Both the position numbers and the translations under genes were made by a program. From positions 111,786,001 to 111,850,000 of the forward strand of contig OZ024742.1 in the NCBI GenBank assembly GCA_964016885.1: a stretch of 64,000 bases of DNA, given 5' to 3'. The stretch is from Eledone cirrhosa (Eukaryota). The notes under the pieces were generated by a model, which was given only the letters and a program-made list of their open reading frames with translations, was not told the DNA's origin and made no database searches. Below, piece after piece: positions 1 to 14,859 of the stretch. Positions within the stretch are counted from its first letter, which is position 1; every line of letters begins with the position of its first letter.

Positions 1-31
<31 letters not shown>

Positions 32-39
<8 letters not shown>

Positions 40-272
40 ATACTTTGGGAGGGTCATGTTGCCAATAAGAAACACACGCACCAGATACTTTCACTTCAAT
101 TTATTATTATAATAAATTTATAAATTTATAAATTTATTATAATAATAAATTGAAGTGAATGCAACTGGTGCGTGTGTTTCTTATTGGCAACATGACCCTC
201 CCAAAGTATAACAATATCGGTTTCAACACACGATTTCAGATAAATAATCTTGCTAAACAAATTCAGAAACGA
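32..272. mobile_element. Fold-back remnant of a Penelope-like terminal repeat, flanked by (TA)n
   Basis: 32-217 is an inverted repeat (ttgttatactttgggagggtcatgttgccaataagaaacacacgcaccag ... ctggtgcgtgtgtttcttattggcaacatgaccctcccaaagtataacaa). The same sequence recurs at 17313-17440, 27266-27340 and 28115-28220, the last two flanking a GIY-YIG fragment. Confidence 0.75.
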
Positions 273-763
273 AATATATATATATATATATATATAAAAT
301 CGTCTCGGATACTTAAATATCTCAATCGAAGGATAAGATATATATTTAAAAATCTACTCGGAAATGTAATATAATATATTAAAACTTATCCAAATTCTGT
401 TTTTGGAGGGATATAAGCTAGACAGTTTTACTTACAGAGTTCCCAACCATGGTTTCTGGAGTTCAAAAAGCAACATTAACCATTCAAAGACATTGGAATG
501 AACAATATTGGAATAATTACAATTCCATCATAATTTTGAGAATTCTTTGGAACAAGTGAAGTTGAATACATTTCATAATACCATGTCATTGCCGGACACA
601 TGGTGTCCAACGTGTCACTGAATTTTCATATAAATATATCCTACTTAATGTAATAGGAGAAAACGATATGTTTATATTAACACTGGAAATATCAACCAAA
701 CCGTCAATAATAGAACTGCTTACATCCCTCCAAAAAGTGATTTTGGCTTATGTTTTAATATCT

Positions 764-798
<35 letters not shown>

Positions 799-1403
799 AT
801 GTGTGTCTGTATGTTTGTGTGTATATGCATGTATATATTCCTCTCTTTGTTGAACTAATATATTGAACCCACTAGTAAACGGACAGTAATTAGTGCAGAT
901 TCTAATTTATGTAGGTAACTATGAACTAATTAAATATGGCTTGTGACATTTATCGAGTTTTTATTCCATAGACCTCTTTAATTTTCAGGAAAGTTATATA
1001 TGGATCTAAATGAAGTAAATGTTGCAACGATATGTTATGCATCAAATATCGAATAGTATTTCAGAGGGATTGTTTAAATAATGCTTTAAAATTCTGCAAA
1101 CAGTAACATTTTCTGTGTGTTAAAGTTGTTCCCAAATGACTTATAAATATATGAATCTTCATTGAAAAGTAAAACGTATAAGTATGCATAAACTGCTTGT
1201 TCTACTGGAAATAAAAGGAATTTTCTCAATTTATACTTTATTGTGTATACATGTGACATAATGTTATCTAGTATAAATGCTTCTACAAGCACGAGTTTAA
1301 CATGCATAGAATGCTGCAAAGCTTGTTGTCTGATGCTATACCAACACTACCAAACCACAAGCCATAAAATAAAATTCAATGTGTTTGTTACAGCATAATA
1401 AAA

Positions 1404-1532
1404 TTTCTATTTTTGGCACAAGTCCAGCGATTATCCCAGTGTATTACTGGGGCTTTGTTTTATCGAACCCGTAGAGATGAAAAGCAAAGTTAACCTCGGC
1501 GGGATTTGAACTCAGACAATAAAGGGCCGTAA
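1404..1532 (-). mobile_element. tRNA-derived SINE, partial copy
   Basis: Matches the SINE copies at 25155-25806, including the B box and central core. Confidence 0.8.
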
Positions 1533-3549
1533 TTCTTCTAAAACTACGTTATCTATTATGAACATGCGATAGAATCGCTAAGCTATAACAGCAATAAATA
1601 TCGAACTGTTATAACAGCAATAAATATCCTTCAAATAATGCATTAGAAAACGTAATTCTTGTAAATCAGTTGGAATGCTAGATTGTCTCTGCATACTCCA
1701 TAGCTAGGACACTTGGACCTATGCTAGTCCACCAATGTGAACTTCTATTATTTAACTGGCACCTCTCACCTCTCAAATCAAACCCCACCATCTAAAGATG
1801 TTAACGGCCCATCGGATATCGTGCCTCACTATTCAAACAAACGACATACAAATGGGCAAGTACGCTATGTTTAGACTAAAGATCCGCTGAATACGTACAA
1901 CCATTGATTTAAAAAGAAAAAGAACAAATTAAATATAAATAATTCACTTACTTCTGCGTATAACAGTTTAATCACTATTTAATATTATACAATTTCCTGA
2001 AAGTATATGTATGGGAAGTCTGAAATAAAATTACGATATAGCGTATAACTAATCTAACAGTTTAGAAATTCTTAACAAAAAATAAATCGGAAATACCTTT
2101 GTGATATTTGGGCACTTAGATAAATTAGATTTCACTCCATTCTGAAATTCCATTTTGAGAAATAGTGAGCTATATTTGAAAAGAAAAGAAAAAAACACTT
2201 TTTTATTTATTTCTAGTTTAATTTTCATGTGAAATATAGATGAAAATTCGATTCTAGATACACTATAATATATCAACCTGAAAAATATCGAGTTGAAGAG
2301 GATGTAACTGCCAGAATTAAATTATCTTCAGAAGATATCACACTGTCGCCAATATATAAATTATATCGATGCATGCAGGCCTCTTAGCATCACGGAAGTA
2401 AAGTCTCGCATGTCGTGGAGTGAGAAAATATCGGGGTCTTTTATAAAGGTTGATTCGTTAACCTTGTGACGGCTTTTAGGCATTTAGACAATGGATCTAC
2501 CACGCAAACCGCAAACCATGTAATGAAAGATTCTAGAACGATCTAGGTTCTAGATAAATGGAACGATATCGTGGAGCGTGTGCATAGACGAAATGGAACA
2601 TCTTAAATAGGTTGCATTATACAATCAACTGTCTAAATAGGAGAGCAAGTTTCTTCAAATCCTGCACATGCATATATATTTTTTAAAGGGCAGAGTCTGT
2701 CTAAGAATCTCACACAGAACACAATCAACCCACCTTGAAACACCTCACCTCACCCAAAGAAAAATTTCCTTCTACAAACCTTTCAATAACTAGTACCCAC
2801 CTAATGTGTCCACTCTTGCTCCTCTCAAATTCAATGTCGTATAGATCTCAATATTAACGGATTTAACACGTGTAGCCTCCTAATTTCCTTAAGGACTATT
2901 TTAATCGCATACAGTTACGAAATACATTTCATCCATATATCTTTCATTCCATTTATCACTGTTTCTACATACATATTCAATAGTAATTATTGGTCTTTCC
3001 TTTGGAACAATTTTATTAAAGATATATTGCAAACATTCTAGCATGACCGGTCTGTCCATCAGTTAGACTCACCAAGTGAATCACGTGTAATGGCTTTTAG
3101 GCACTAGCCAACGGATCTGCCATGAAAACTGCAAGCCACATGTGGTGCGTTTGGTCCAGACCTTATACCATGAGATGTTGTCTCTGCCACAGTGAAAATC
3201 TTAGAATATAATAAAGGTCATCTTCTCCGATCACTAATCATTTGAACTCAAAGAAAGAAAATGTTAGAGGAGGTTTATCTCTCAAAGACGAACTCTTTGC
3301 TAAGTGGCGACACTGATCATATTCAACTGATTTTTAACCACCTTAATATTGATTTATAGAATACCTTAATATCTTCACTTGTTTCCAGACATTCATAATA
3401 CCGTACACAATATGTTAAATCACTCGTGGCATTTCTCTTTTCAGTATTGCTACTAAGGTACTTGCATGTGTGACTCCCAATCGAATTACATCCAGACTGG
3501 TTGATATGGACCCAGAAATCGAATATGGTTACCATACAATACGGTGTAC

Positions 3550-4650
3550 TATTAATATGATCTCGTTTCGCCTGCTCCCGGGATGGTTGGCAAAAAGAAG
3601 GAGCTGTTAAATGTTTCTGTCGACTTGATCTAAACCTTGGACACAGTAAATCGCAAAGCCCTTTGGAGATTTGGGCAAGGAAAGCACCAGATATGTCAAA
3701 TCATAAATGCTATGATATGTTTGTTGTCACAAATCGTATGAGGTAGGGTTGGGTTATGTCCCATTAAGCAGTCAGCTATTTAGACACGTTTTTCAGAGTT
3801 GAAATTTGTACATCATGTGGGCTATTCAACCATCAGTGCTGTAAGGCAAAAACATTTATAAAACAAGTGTTTTTCATGATTTACAGATTGCTGATGTTTC
3901 TGCCCTTATTGCAATATGCCTCATAGTGGCACACGAAGTGACACATCACGTCTCAATAGCCTATAAACCTTAAGAAAACTGGGGTGGTGTATCAACAAAC
4001 CCACCCTACACCGACCCCACAGATAATTAGAATATGTTAAGCCGAGACAGCCTGGTTACGGCTATCCCCATGCTCCCATCACTGTCGATGGCAAGAATCC
4101 GAAGTAAGTAAACACTTTTATTCCCCTTGGCATCAATATATACCCTAAAATATCCCTGCATGCTTTTAGGAACTGCATCATCGTCTTTGGAGTTTCTGAG
4201 TTACGTCCCAGAAAAGTTGTATTTTAACCTAGAGGGTTACTGACAACACTTATATACGGCTCGAAGTGATGAACACTTTATTGTAATCATATTTATAAAC
4301 TTGGTGTTTATGGACCTACTGACAGAGACTATAATGCCGATATTTATATAGTGCAAAATGAGTGAAAGTGAAACTTAGATGGGCCGCTTAGATGGACTGC
4401 TAAAGCAAGATAAGATTATAGATGTCACCTTCATAATTGTGCATTTAATGTAGGTAAAACATTAGTAAGATAGGAAGATAAATTGAATTACAATCTTAAA
4501 CAGGTGAACATACATTCTACTTGTTTTGAAGTCGTAGAATCAGGCCCTTAAAAATGGAGAAAGTTCGCCCATGAAGACATGAGGAACTTTGAAAAATCTC
4601 ATCTGGTGCAACGTTGTCTTCTAAGAATTAACGCAAAGATTCCATCAAAT
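3550..4650 (+). pseudogene. Highly decayed RTE-type LINE fragments
   Basis: Hand translation gives VSVDLI*TLDTVNRKALW near 3610-3670, resembling the RT motif FVDLxKAFDTVNR, and KWRKFAHEDMRNFE near 4550-4595, resembling an RTE C-terminus. Confidence 0.4.
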
Positions 4651-7398
4651 CTTCCATCCTACTCCACTCATAATTCTGTCATCTGTACTAAATGCGGCTA
4701 AATGTGTGTAAATTTTTCAGTACGCATGAAACGAGAGGGATGCTAAAGAAAACATTTATTTTAAAGATTTTACGTGTGTATGTACGACAGAGATCCCTTA
4801 GCTTTATTTTGCCGATGAACTTACGGGTGGATATTTGTTTCTTTTTTTGTGGCATATCTAAATGTATAGTGTGGGTGCAGTGTTAACACTTTATGTGTTA
4901 AAATTTATTGACTAAACATTCTATTTTTTGTATCTTTTTCTGTTGAAATACGTTTGTGTATTTCAGTAACATTAGATGATTTCATATTGTTTTTACTTTG
5001 TTAATATACCCAGCAGCATATATATCTTCTCAAATAATAAGCTGTTTCAATCACACTGTCGAAACATTCCCGACAGAAAACAAATCCTCACCATTAGCAT
5101 TATTTTAAAGTTACATCTTGACATGCAGATAATTATATAATCGCTATCTAAACCACCTTACAATATGTTTGCGTATTACAGTAATGTTCATAGTATAGAG
5201 TGCAATAAATTGTTATTAAATTAGAACATTTATCGATTTATTGTTTGTTAATTATTATATCGGCATACATTAAAAACAAAACATGACATACTGTTATATA
5301 GCCCTTAGTATACACGATAAATTATCGCAATATAACCTCCGAGGCAACGCAATTTCCCCAGACATCATTGATATTATTCAACGTTGTTTCACATCTCACC
5401 AAATAATATTCCATACATTTGCGCTATATATTATGCATAACACTTAGAAGGAAAAACACATATTATTTCATTAAGATGAAAGGCAGAGGTAGTGAAAATT
5501 CACCGCCCACCAGAATAATACAACAGATCAAGCTGCCGTTATTGAATCCAAAATAAGAGAAATTAATTGATGTATACATGACATTGAAGAGGCGAATTGG
5601 CAAAGACGTTAGAAGGTTGGATACAATGCTTTGCGGTATTCATTTCAGCTCTTTACACTCTTAGCTGAAATCTACTAGATAGAAAGTTACTAGCCAAGTA
5701 CTAGAGTTGGAACTTCATCTATATCTCTTTCCTCATTCCATTATCTCACATTCTCTATTCTTATCTGGAAAAATATGCTGTGTTCAAACCTGTAAAGGGA
5801 TGTGATACGTCAGGTTTTAAAAAATACTCCAGAAACGCCGCATGTCAATACGGCGCTGCTACGGCTACCTCGGGAATTACGGTATAAAGATGATACATGA
5901 GATTGACTGCTTGCATAAAGAAATATTTTTATGGAGACAATACTAGATGTGTATTACAGTCTGTGTGTTTCGAGTTCTCCATGAATATGAAAAACCAATA
6001 TAAATGATTTCCCTATAGTAATTGTTAGAATGTATAGATAACAACTAATATGATCGAATGCTCCTGTTTGAAACTTTTTGAGCCAGTAAAAGATTTAAAT
6101 GTCTAACACATTTAAAGAATATTGGCGATAACAGCGAGCCATTGTACTGTTTCGACAGTTCCGCTTACGTTACTCAGTTAAACGGCATTTGCTTTTTAAA
6201 CACACACACACAATAAACCCACTAATGTTAGAATCCTTTTGCTGAGTAAGAATTAAAGATGTTTAAGCCCTATGCTACAGTTTCAATTTACATAATCAAA
6301 TGTCAACATGAACATTGCTTAGACATTCACACGACAACATAAAAAATAGCCTCGTTATTTACCGCTCCGTACTGTGTTTCTAGCGTGCATTTAAAGGACA
6401 TCAATTAGATTTGGTTTCAGTATTTATGGGAATATTAGAAACACGAGAAGATTTATGCATATTTGGCTCGGTCTAGATAAGGAAACGTTGACTCACACGA
6501 ACAATCACTCATACGTTTGTATAGGAATAGGTATACGTCCACAAATACATATACACAAATATCACAAATATATAAATGATACTCTATAGGTTGCAATGAT
6601 GAAAGTAGTATTTGTTAGAACAACAGTACGGCTAAGTCGTTATATTAAACTAGATGTAGCAGAATATTCCCTTGCGGTGAATTTAATTCAGTTAATCAGT
6701 TGATCAACTTCGCCAAATAGAAAACGTGCAGTCTCAAACTCTTTCTAGCGTGTCTACCATATGGCCACTTTCACCATGGGCAGTAGGCGTGAAAAATAGA
6801 TTGTCCTTCAAGATTTAATTATCGTGACCCGGCTACTTTCATGGAGGACTCAGATGATAGCTTAATTCCCCCTACACGAGACAGCAGATGTTCGATATAA
6901 ACCAACAAGTCGGCAAAACTCAAACACAAGACTAGATGGTGCGGGCGCTTTCATCAACTTGTGCTTATCTCGGACAGACCCAGCTGCCAGGAGAGTTTGT
7001 CTCGCTTTAGCAATAATTCGTGGTTGCACTGTCCATCCAGGGATATTTGGAGGTTATCCATAATTACGAGGGTAATGTATTTGTGGTTATTATGTACCTT
7101 GCAGCTTTAGCTTCTTCTCTACCGCCTTAGTCAGAGAGGGCGTAGACAGGGAGGTTTTGTCTTTTGTTTTTCTAGCGGGAGCAGTGTTACACTCTTCCCT
7201 CTCATCACAATTCGTCTTCTTCTTCTTCTTCTTCTTCTTCCACTACTACCCCTCCAGTCGAGGTCAACAGCTTAAACAGAACGAACAGCTTCTTCCCTGC
7301 TACTTCCACTATTAATGTGACACAACTAAGGTCAACACCAAGAGAGAAAATATGAAAACTACAGACAAAAATGTGAACTCTTCAATATATTTATAAAT

Positions 7399-7432
<34 letters not shown>

Positions 7433-10400
7433 GTATGTAAGAAAATGTATTTAAAAAAATATCTATGTAAAAAATATGTATGTAAAAAGATACACTTCCG
7501 TCGCATGAAGACTACAAGCTGAAGCCGGTACGAATAATGCGGAAATTCCTATTTTGTATATAAATGTTTTGCTGTTATTCTGAGAGAAAATCCCTTTAAC
7601 ATTTTCTAGTGTTTTTTTTCTTTTTTACTATTAAACACACACACACACACACACACACACACTCAAACATATATATATATATATAAATAAATATAAGAGA
7701 AAAAGCCATATATTTTTAGAGATACTTAGTATTGTGTACATATATAAACAACCTATAATGTTTAGAGAAACGTAAATACTTTCAGTTGTAAACCAAGGGA
7801 AACATATTCTAAGCAATCAATTATCGATTAACAACAATCAATTTTGTCAGATATATGGAAGACGTGAAACTAATCACTAGAAGAAATTGTGTGCGGAAAT
7901 GTTTTAATAAGGTACAGAAATACGTTTATATCTATCGTTTTCCGTGTAGTCAAACCTAAACCACGTGGTACAAAGAATGTTTTAACTGGGGCGGCAGATA
8001 CTTTAGGTTTCTCTAACGGTATATGGTTCTTTCTCTCTCTTTATAAACATGTATCTTATAATTTATTTATTTGTGATACTTTAAATTAATATATATCTGC
8101 TCCAGATTTTTTAATTAATATATATCTACTCCAGAATTTTACTTTCTTCAGCTGTGCTTTGTACTTCTCACATCTTTCTAGTGGATACGACGTCCAGTCC
8201 TATTTATATGTCTTTTGTCATTATAATATAGTGTTATATTAAAGTGATACTATAGGTATCGCACAAAGAAAATAGACGAGTAAGTAATGTATATTATCAG
8301 ATGGATAGAAATTGATCACTCGTGTAGGATGTGTATGTGCCCTTTACAATTATTTCTAGTTTTTGGAAACGATGTAATCTCGTATCAGAAATGCGACGAT
8401 CAAAGGTATCTCGATGTGATTCTATTTTTTATTTTGTACATCTAGGATTGCAGCATACATAGTAGCATTGTAAGCAGTTAGGTATTGCTGCAATTATTAA
8501 GAGATCAAACTCGTGCATTTTCCTTCCTTAGCTTGCACATAACGCATTTGATATCACTGTTAAACATATGCGCTATGAGAAAGTGCACATAATTGTAGTT
8601 GATATAAGTTATATTGGTTTTCATTGATGGTATTATTTCGTGAAACTTGATCTAATAAATTTATAATGAACACCATATGAACCCGTGGCATTAAAATGTT
8701 TATTTGGCAGTCTGCAATAGATAACATGTTATGTATCCACTATCTCTTTCGGCTTTATTTCAGGGAGCAAAGTTTGTTTTGAAGAAGTCACTACGTTGGT
8801 CCTTGTAGCTACTGTTACTAAAAATCATGTGTTTAATTCGAAGAATGAAAAATGCACGAGACTTCAAAGAGGCATTTTATTTTACGCTGCCTCCGTTCAT
8901 TCAGCTACATTTAATATTAGCATTAGCTGGAGTAATCTTGCGCCGGACAGATATCGCTTTAATGGGAGTAAATCTTGGCTATGAACCACTGTGTTCGCAA
9001 AATATTTGTGTCCAGCTGAACTGAGGTCATATAATTTCAGACTAATATAATATTTTGAAATGTAAATATTTGTGTAATATACCGTATAAATATAGAGAAT
9101 ACCAGTATATTAAAGTATCAGTAACTTTGCTTAAATGTTCCTAAAATATAATCAGTAAGAATAAAAATGATATATATATATGTGTGTAGGATGTAAGAAT
9201 GTATTAATGCGTCATAAATCCAATTTGTACAGAATTTGTTTTTAAATATAGCAAATCCTTTTTACTAGAATTCATGTGACGATGAGGAAGCTCTTTAAAT
9301 GGAGAAACACATATAGTGTTTAATGTTTTACAAAAAATGTTGTATCTGCGAAATGTTAAAATAAACTAGAATCTTTTTTCTCAAATATCCGTGAAGATGA
9401 GAACCTCTTTAAATAGGGAAATGCATATAGCAGGCCAAAATCATTTAAATATTTGACAATTCTCTTTAACTTCTGTTTGGTAAATTTAGGATAGGAACTA
9501 CTTGAAGATTTACAACTATATATAAAGCAGATATGCCAAGTACTTTTTTTTCCTATTTTTCGTTTTTAAATAACACTATAACATTGAGGAGAAACTCCTT
9601 AAATGTTGAGCAATTACGCGTAAAATGTGCTATTAGTTTCACGCATACGTAATAAAGTGGTTGATATTTATTGAGTGCTTGAGGCAAAGTGTATCTTTAA
9701 ATTGAACCATCTAACCGTTCCCCCTCTTTTTCAAAATGTTCCTATTTCTACTTCTACAAACATTTATATTCAAGTTGTTAGGAGCAGCGATATGCATGAT
9801 GATGATGTTGTTATTAAGAATATTATAAACATTTAGATAGTATCAAGAGCTGGGTAAAATCCGCAGGATCATTACGGATTTACACAAAAATCATTTACGG
9901 CTTTTCGTTGCAGCCGTTTAGTTTCCGATTTCAAATGCAAATGACGTTGATCCTACCTTTCAACTACAATTTCGATACTAGTTAGTTAGTGGGATTGATT
10001 TGAATTAATATTGTATACCCTCATCTATAATGCGTGGCATTATGCTTATATAATCTGGTAATATTTGGTCGGATAATTTTGCATTACATGTTCTTACTCA
10101 ATATTGATGTTTAATGTTGATTATAATACACATTGTTTAATATGTAATAAAACAGAAGGCATACAATTAAAACAGATGTTATGTCGGATATTTTTCAATT
10201 CGTTTGGTTTTGATTGTATACATATGCATCGTGCCAGCTGTGGTATGATATGGGGTTACAAATTGAGCATAACGAAATGTGTAAAGCACATCGGGTTCTA
10301 CGATTGAGTTAGTGCAATGAAGAGCCGTCTATAGAATGTGTGATGTGTTATACGTTTTATTAAGCTGTAAGATTTCGTGTGGAAATTTAAGTCATTTTAA

Positions 10401-10799
10401 AGTTATTATACTGGTACTGTGGGTGGGTGATTGGCTGAATAATTAGTGCGTTGGAGAAAAAGCTTGAAGATAATTGTTCCACTGCCGTCAACATTGACAA
10501 ACTGCGTTCCGGAATCAATACAATTGAGTACAGTAAATTACCTGCGTACATGTAATTGACTTATCCTCCCCATAAAATCTTTGTGTATGTACCTAAATTA
10601 GAATCCATTATTTGGCTTACTTGAAGCAGGTTATGATTATGTCGGTTTCAAAATTCTTGTAATATTACAGCACCCTCGAGTGCATTTTCCGCAATTCAGT
10701 ATAGAAAAAAAGATGAAAAAAGGGCGTATTAGAGTACATGTATTCTACCATTCGTCTTTAGTTTTTTAAATATATTTTTTTTATTTTTTTTATTATCAA

Positions 10800-11750
10800 T
10801 ATATTCTTAGCATTAGTGGATAAGGAAGTCAGGACCAGATATGCAGATACTATTGCATCCATATTCAGAGAACTCCCTGAGCAAACTGAGGATGTTGAAT
10901 GAAAGTGGAGATTGTTCAGCTCAGAGGTTTCGGCTTTCGCTGTTAAATGCAGTGGGCGAAAGGTGCTTTGTTTGGTGCCAGAGGGAAGGCGTGTCCCTTG
11001 GTTCAACCAAAAGGTCAAATATGCCATCCGAGCAAAAATGGAGGCTTACAAAGATTGGCTTGGAAATAATTCCCGCTTGGACTAGCAGTACAAACGGTCA
11101 CTAAAATTCGCAGCAGAGACAGTAAAGGCGTCCAAAGTCAAGGCATGGGGGAACTTTGGGGATAAAGCTGGAATCTGACCTCAGGTCAGCAAATAAATTG
11201 TTCGGCCGACTTTGTAAGAAGAAGCTTTCCTCCACCTTGCTATGAAGCGTGCGTCTGGGGTTGTCTCTACAGTGATGTGCATCCGGGCCACGCGAAGAGA
11301 ATATTTTGTTGATGTCCTAATACCGATGACACCAGCACCCAATGGTGTACACGAGGTGCACATGCGAGTGGTGAGTAATCTCTCAGAGGATCACAGGAAA
11401 GGAACTTAAGCAACGAGAATAAGGAGTGATAATCCCAATTTTCAGAAAGGTAGACAAGAGAGAGTATTCCAACTACCGAGTGATCCCCTTAATTCAGTAT
11501 TCCTCTACCTACGCTCATGAACTTTGGGTAATGACAGAACGAATAAGATGGCGAATACGAGCTTCCGAAATTGGGTTCCTCCGAAGGGTCTTTGGAGTAA
11601 ACTTACTCGATAGAGTGTGTAGTTTAGTGATCAAAAATCACTCCAGATATAGCCGCTACTTCTCTGAATTGAGAGGTCGCAGCTCCGATATTATGTGCAT
11701 GTGGTTTGACTGTATCAGGAAATAATTGCTTGACAGATTTTACTGGCAAG
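10800..11750 (+). pseudogene. Decayed, internally deleted RTE LINE fragment
   Basis: ORF 11426-11725 has IIPIFRKVDKREYSNYRVIPLI (RT domain 1) fused to TYAHELWVMTERIRWRIRASEIGFLRRVFG (RTE C-terminal region). Confidence 0.75.
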
Positions 11751-11776
11751 ACTAACCCATTTGAGTATTTTTCTTG

Positions 11777-12550
11777 TCAGAATTGGATTGTTTCTATTCC
11801 AAGGTTGTGGGGAATATTGGAATATAGGTTGACTACATCAAAATACACTAGTAAGGTTTGTTCATTATTAAATGTTTGGGGGATGTGGTTGAGCTTATCA
11901 AAATTGTTCTTTATGTAGCTTTTAATGTGTTTAAGAAATGGTTTTAATGGGGTATCCAGGAAGTTGCCGAGGTGGTGGATTTCGCAGGCGGAGATTGCTA
12001 TTATAGGTCTGAATTTGAGGTCATCAGGTGAATGAAAATTAATTAATATATATGTAGCTCCCCTGTATGCCTTACTCATTTTTTCATTTTTATGTATCTT
12101 AGGAATACCATAAAAATGACTGACTTTACTTTCGAATTCAGTGATATAGTCGTATTCCTTGTCGGCAAGTCCTTCTCTATATAGGTTTATTAGAGTTTTT
12201 AGGTTTCTCATTTTTTCCTGCTGACAGTAGTGTTAGGCCTTTTCGTAGTATGCTTCGTATTCTAAAATGGAGAGTACTAGACTCGTATAATATTCTGTCT
12301 CCATTAGGACTACCCCACTCTCTTTATCGGCATCTTTGATTGTTATAGATTTATGATCCTTTAATCTGTTCAGGTCATCCCATTATTTCTTGCTGAACGC
12401 TGGCCTATGTTTTTGTCTGTGTAAGTGTTGATATGGGACATTTTTAATATGTTCGCAGAATTGGTCGACAAATTTATCTTTAGCTTTTGATGGGGTGTAG
12501 TCGTTTCTGTTTTAGCTAATTATTCACCCTCGCTGTACTAGTCATATAGT
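11777..12550 (-). pseudogene. Penelope-like RT fragment
   Basis: FYGIPKIHK, LKFRPIIA, LDTPLKP and FDVVNLYSNIP motifs; homologous to the ORF at 22991-24346. Confidence 0.85.
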
Positions 12551-12661
12551 TCAACGGTGAGTCATAATTTTCAACAGGACTCTGCAATCTCTTCTTTCGT
12601 TCCATAGTGGTTTAGACGTTGTGGGGTCGGTGTAAATTTGAGCCATCTGCAGAGTATGTTG

Positions 12662-12693
<32 letters not shown>

Positions 12694-12814
12694 GTGAATA
12701 TATGTGTATATATATGTATATACAGATATATATGCGTGAACCTAATAAACATTTATTTGTCTGCCTCTCTGTTTTGTTCACGTATAAATTTGCACTATAT
12801 ATGTATATATACCG

Positions 12815-13350
12815 CTGGAATAACAAACTGTATGGAACACGATAGGATCAATCTCACTGGCCACACTAGCAAGATCCTCTTGCGGATTCTCTTAGAGGGA
12901 ACGCAGTGAACGGTTGTAGAGCAGGGTGCGGACGAACAAATGGGTTTCAGAAAGATAGAGGGTCCCGGGGATCATATTTTTAATAACAGACTTACAATCG
13001 AAGAAGCAGGGAGTTTAATTGCCTTCGTATTTAGCTGGGTATCTTACAGGAAAAATGAATCTGTCCTGGAAGTGTTTGGTGCCAATCAATATTTGGTTGA
13101 AACAGTAAGGTAGAGAAAACATCATTAATTCGGTCATGTTATCAAGGCTCTTCCTTCGACTACCCACATCGTTGAGGGACGATGACAAGTGTAAAGGGCC
13201 TGAGGACGGGAGAAAAGAAGATGGATATATAATATTAATCAATGGACAAGACGGAGCTTGGCGGAATGTATAGCAATAGCAAGAGACAGGAAAATATGGC
13301 GAGTGCTGGTCCATAAGTCCATAACCCCGACGCTCAGATATGAGGATGAG
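12815..13350 (+). pseudogene. Decayed RTE LINE fragment
   Basis: CMEHDRINLTGHTSKILLRILL followed by an EQMGFRK-like motif (RT domains 1-2), then a deleted 3' end. Confidence 0.6.
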
Positions 13351-13501
13351 ATAAGGCTAGTCTATTAGTATTAAGAAGATAGTAAGACAAAATATAACTT
13401 TACTTACAAATTGATCTGACCGCAGTTTCCTTATGACCTAGAAGGTATACTATTTAACAGTCATAAATAGCTAATTAAGACTAATTCACTAGTCAATTAG
13501 T

Positions 13502-13536
<35 letters not shown>

Positions 13537-13546
13537 AACAAGTAAG

Positions 13547-13640
13547 ACCCCGAGGGCTGAGCTCAAGCCGTTTCGACGGCTAATTCTGGACTGAATGAAA
13601 ATGTATTCTGGTATTTAAATAGCCGAGCTTATCAAGGGGT
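13547..13640 (-). ncRNA. Type I hammerhead ribozyme motif (U3-A8 variant) in the 3' pLTR
   Basis: Minus strand reads acccc-UUGAUAA-g..cggcta//tagccg.c-GAAA-cggct tgagctc agccc-UC-ggggt. Confidence 0.7.
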
Positions 13641-14859
13641 AATTCCATATATGGTCAAAGAGATCATCACCAGGATTGGTCACATCACAAGTTAGTAGTA
13701 AATCTGTGATGGTAAATTGGTGGGGGAAGGGGTAGCTGAACCTGCCGGTAGGAGAAAAAGGGAGAGGAGGTGGAGTAGACCCATTCATGCGTTGGTAGTG
13801 CCGGCTACAGCTGGGTGTGAGGTCAAAGAGGATACTGTGGAGGGGAGGGGGAGGAAGTCGAAACGGTAAGTAGAACAATGAGGGGTAAAAATATAAAAAG
13901 TACTGAGAGAGAAAGAAAAAAAAGCAAAGTCTGGTTACTAAGGCTTAAGTCTCTCGCTATTGCTAGGCTAAAGACATACATGAATAAATAAATAAACAAA
14001 TAAGTGAATAAAAGAATAGATAAATAAATTAAAAAAAAAATATATATAATGAAGAATAAAAAAAAAATAAATAAACTAGGTGGGACGGAAATAAAGGGAC
14101 CCTTATACGAGGTATAAGTGCGTGTATCGTACGGTGACGGGTCAACAAAGGGGGGGGGGGGCAAAATACTAAAGAGACTACCACGAAATAATAAAGGTTT
14201 CTACCCCAATCACAGGGCCAGCAACCACGCAACCACCCAGAGCAAGAAAGTAAACTAGTACGAGAATATAATTCAGGTTCCCGCAAAAAAATACTCGTGC
14301 TAACTCTAAGGGTACCGCCACGAAACAAAAAGTCTTATACAAGCTATATGAAAGATCGTACGAAGTAAAAGTAAAGAACGGAAAATTAATACAGAAACAC
14401 TCCCCCCCCTCCAACAAAAAAGGGAAAAAGAGGAAAGAAATACTGGATAAACGAGAAATCAAAGCAAAGATGCCACTAAGAAATATAGAAGGCACGGACA
14501 AAAGGGACAGCGGTCTGAGAAGGGGGCAAGTATCCGAAGTCTAACACCTCTGCTATAAAATGCGGAGTCAGCCAAATCTATCATAGAATAGGGGAGGTGG
14601 TGGTGGTGCTGAAGCTACAAGGGACCGAGGGGCTACCTCGGGTGGGCGAGAAAAAGACGATGACAAAGAAAGGGAACTGGGGTAGAAGGACTAGGGAGGG
14701 ATGGGAGAAGGAGGAAATATAGAGGAAGCGATAAAAGAATGTAAAAGATCTTACGTCTCCATTGGCAAGCAGGGGTTACCCCTTAGAAAATAGGCAAGTG
14801 GGGTGTTATAGCCCTAGTCTACCCCCCCCGGGTCATTATGGGGTTTGAGGGCGAGGTAA

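Noticed and set aside
6700-7260. Possible LTR-retrotransposon or exon fragment
   Set aside because: No continuous frame or diagnostic motif could be established.
8740-9030. Possible host exon after a pyrimidine tract and CAG at 8761-8763
   Set aside because: Open frame under 80 codons, no recognisable domain and no partner exons.
9265-9435. Short local duplication with GAAA-TGCA-TA resembling a hammerhead end
   Set aside because: Core and stems are not recoverable.
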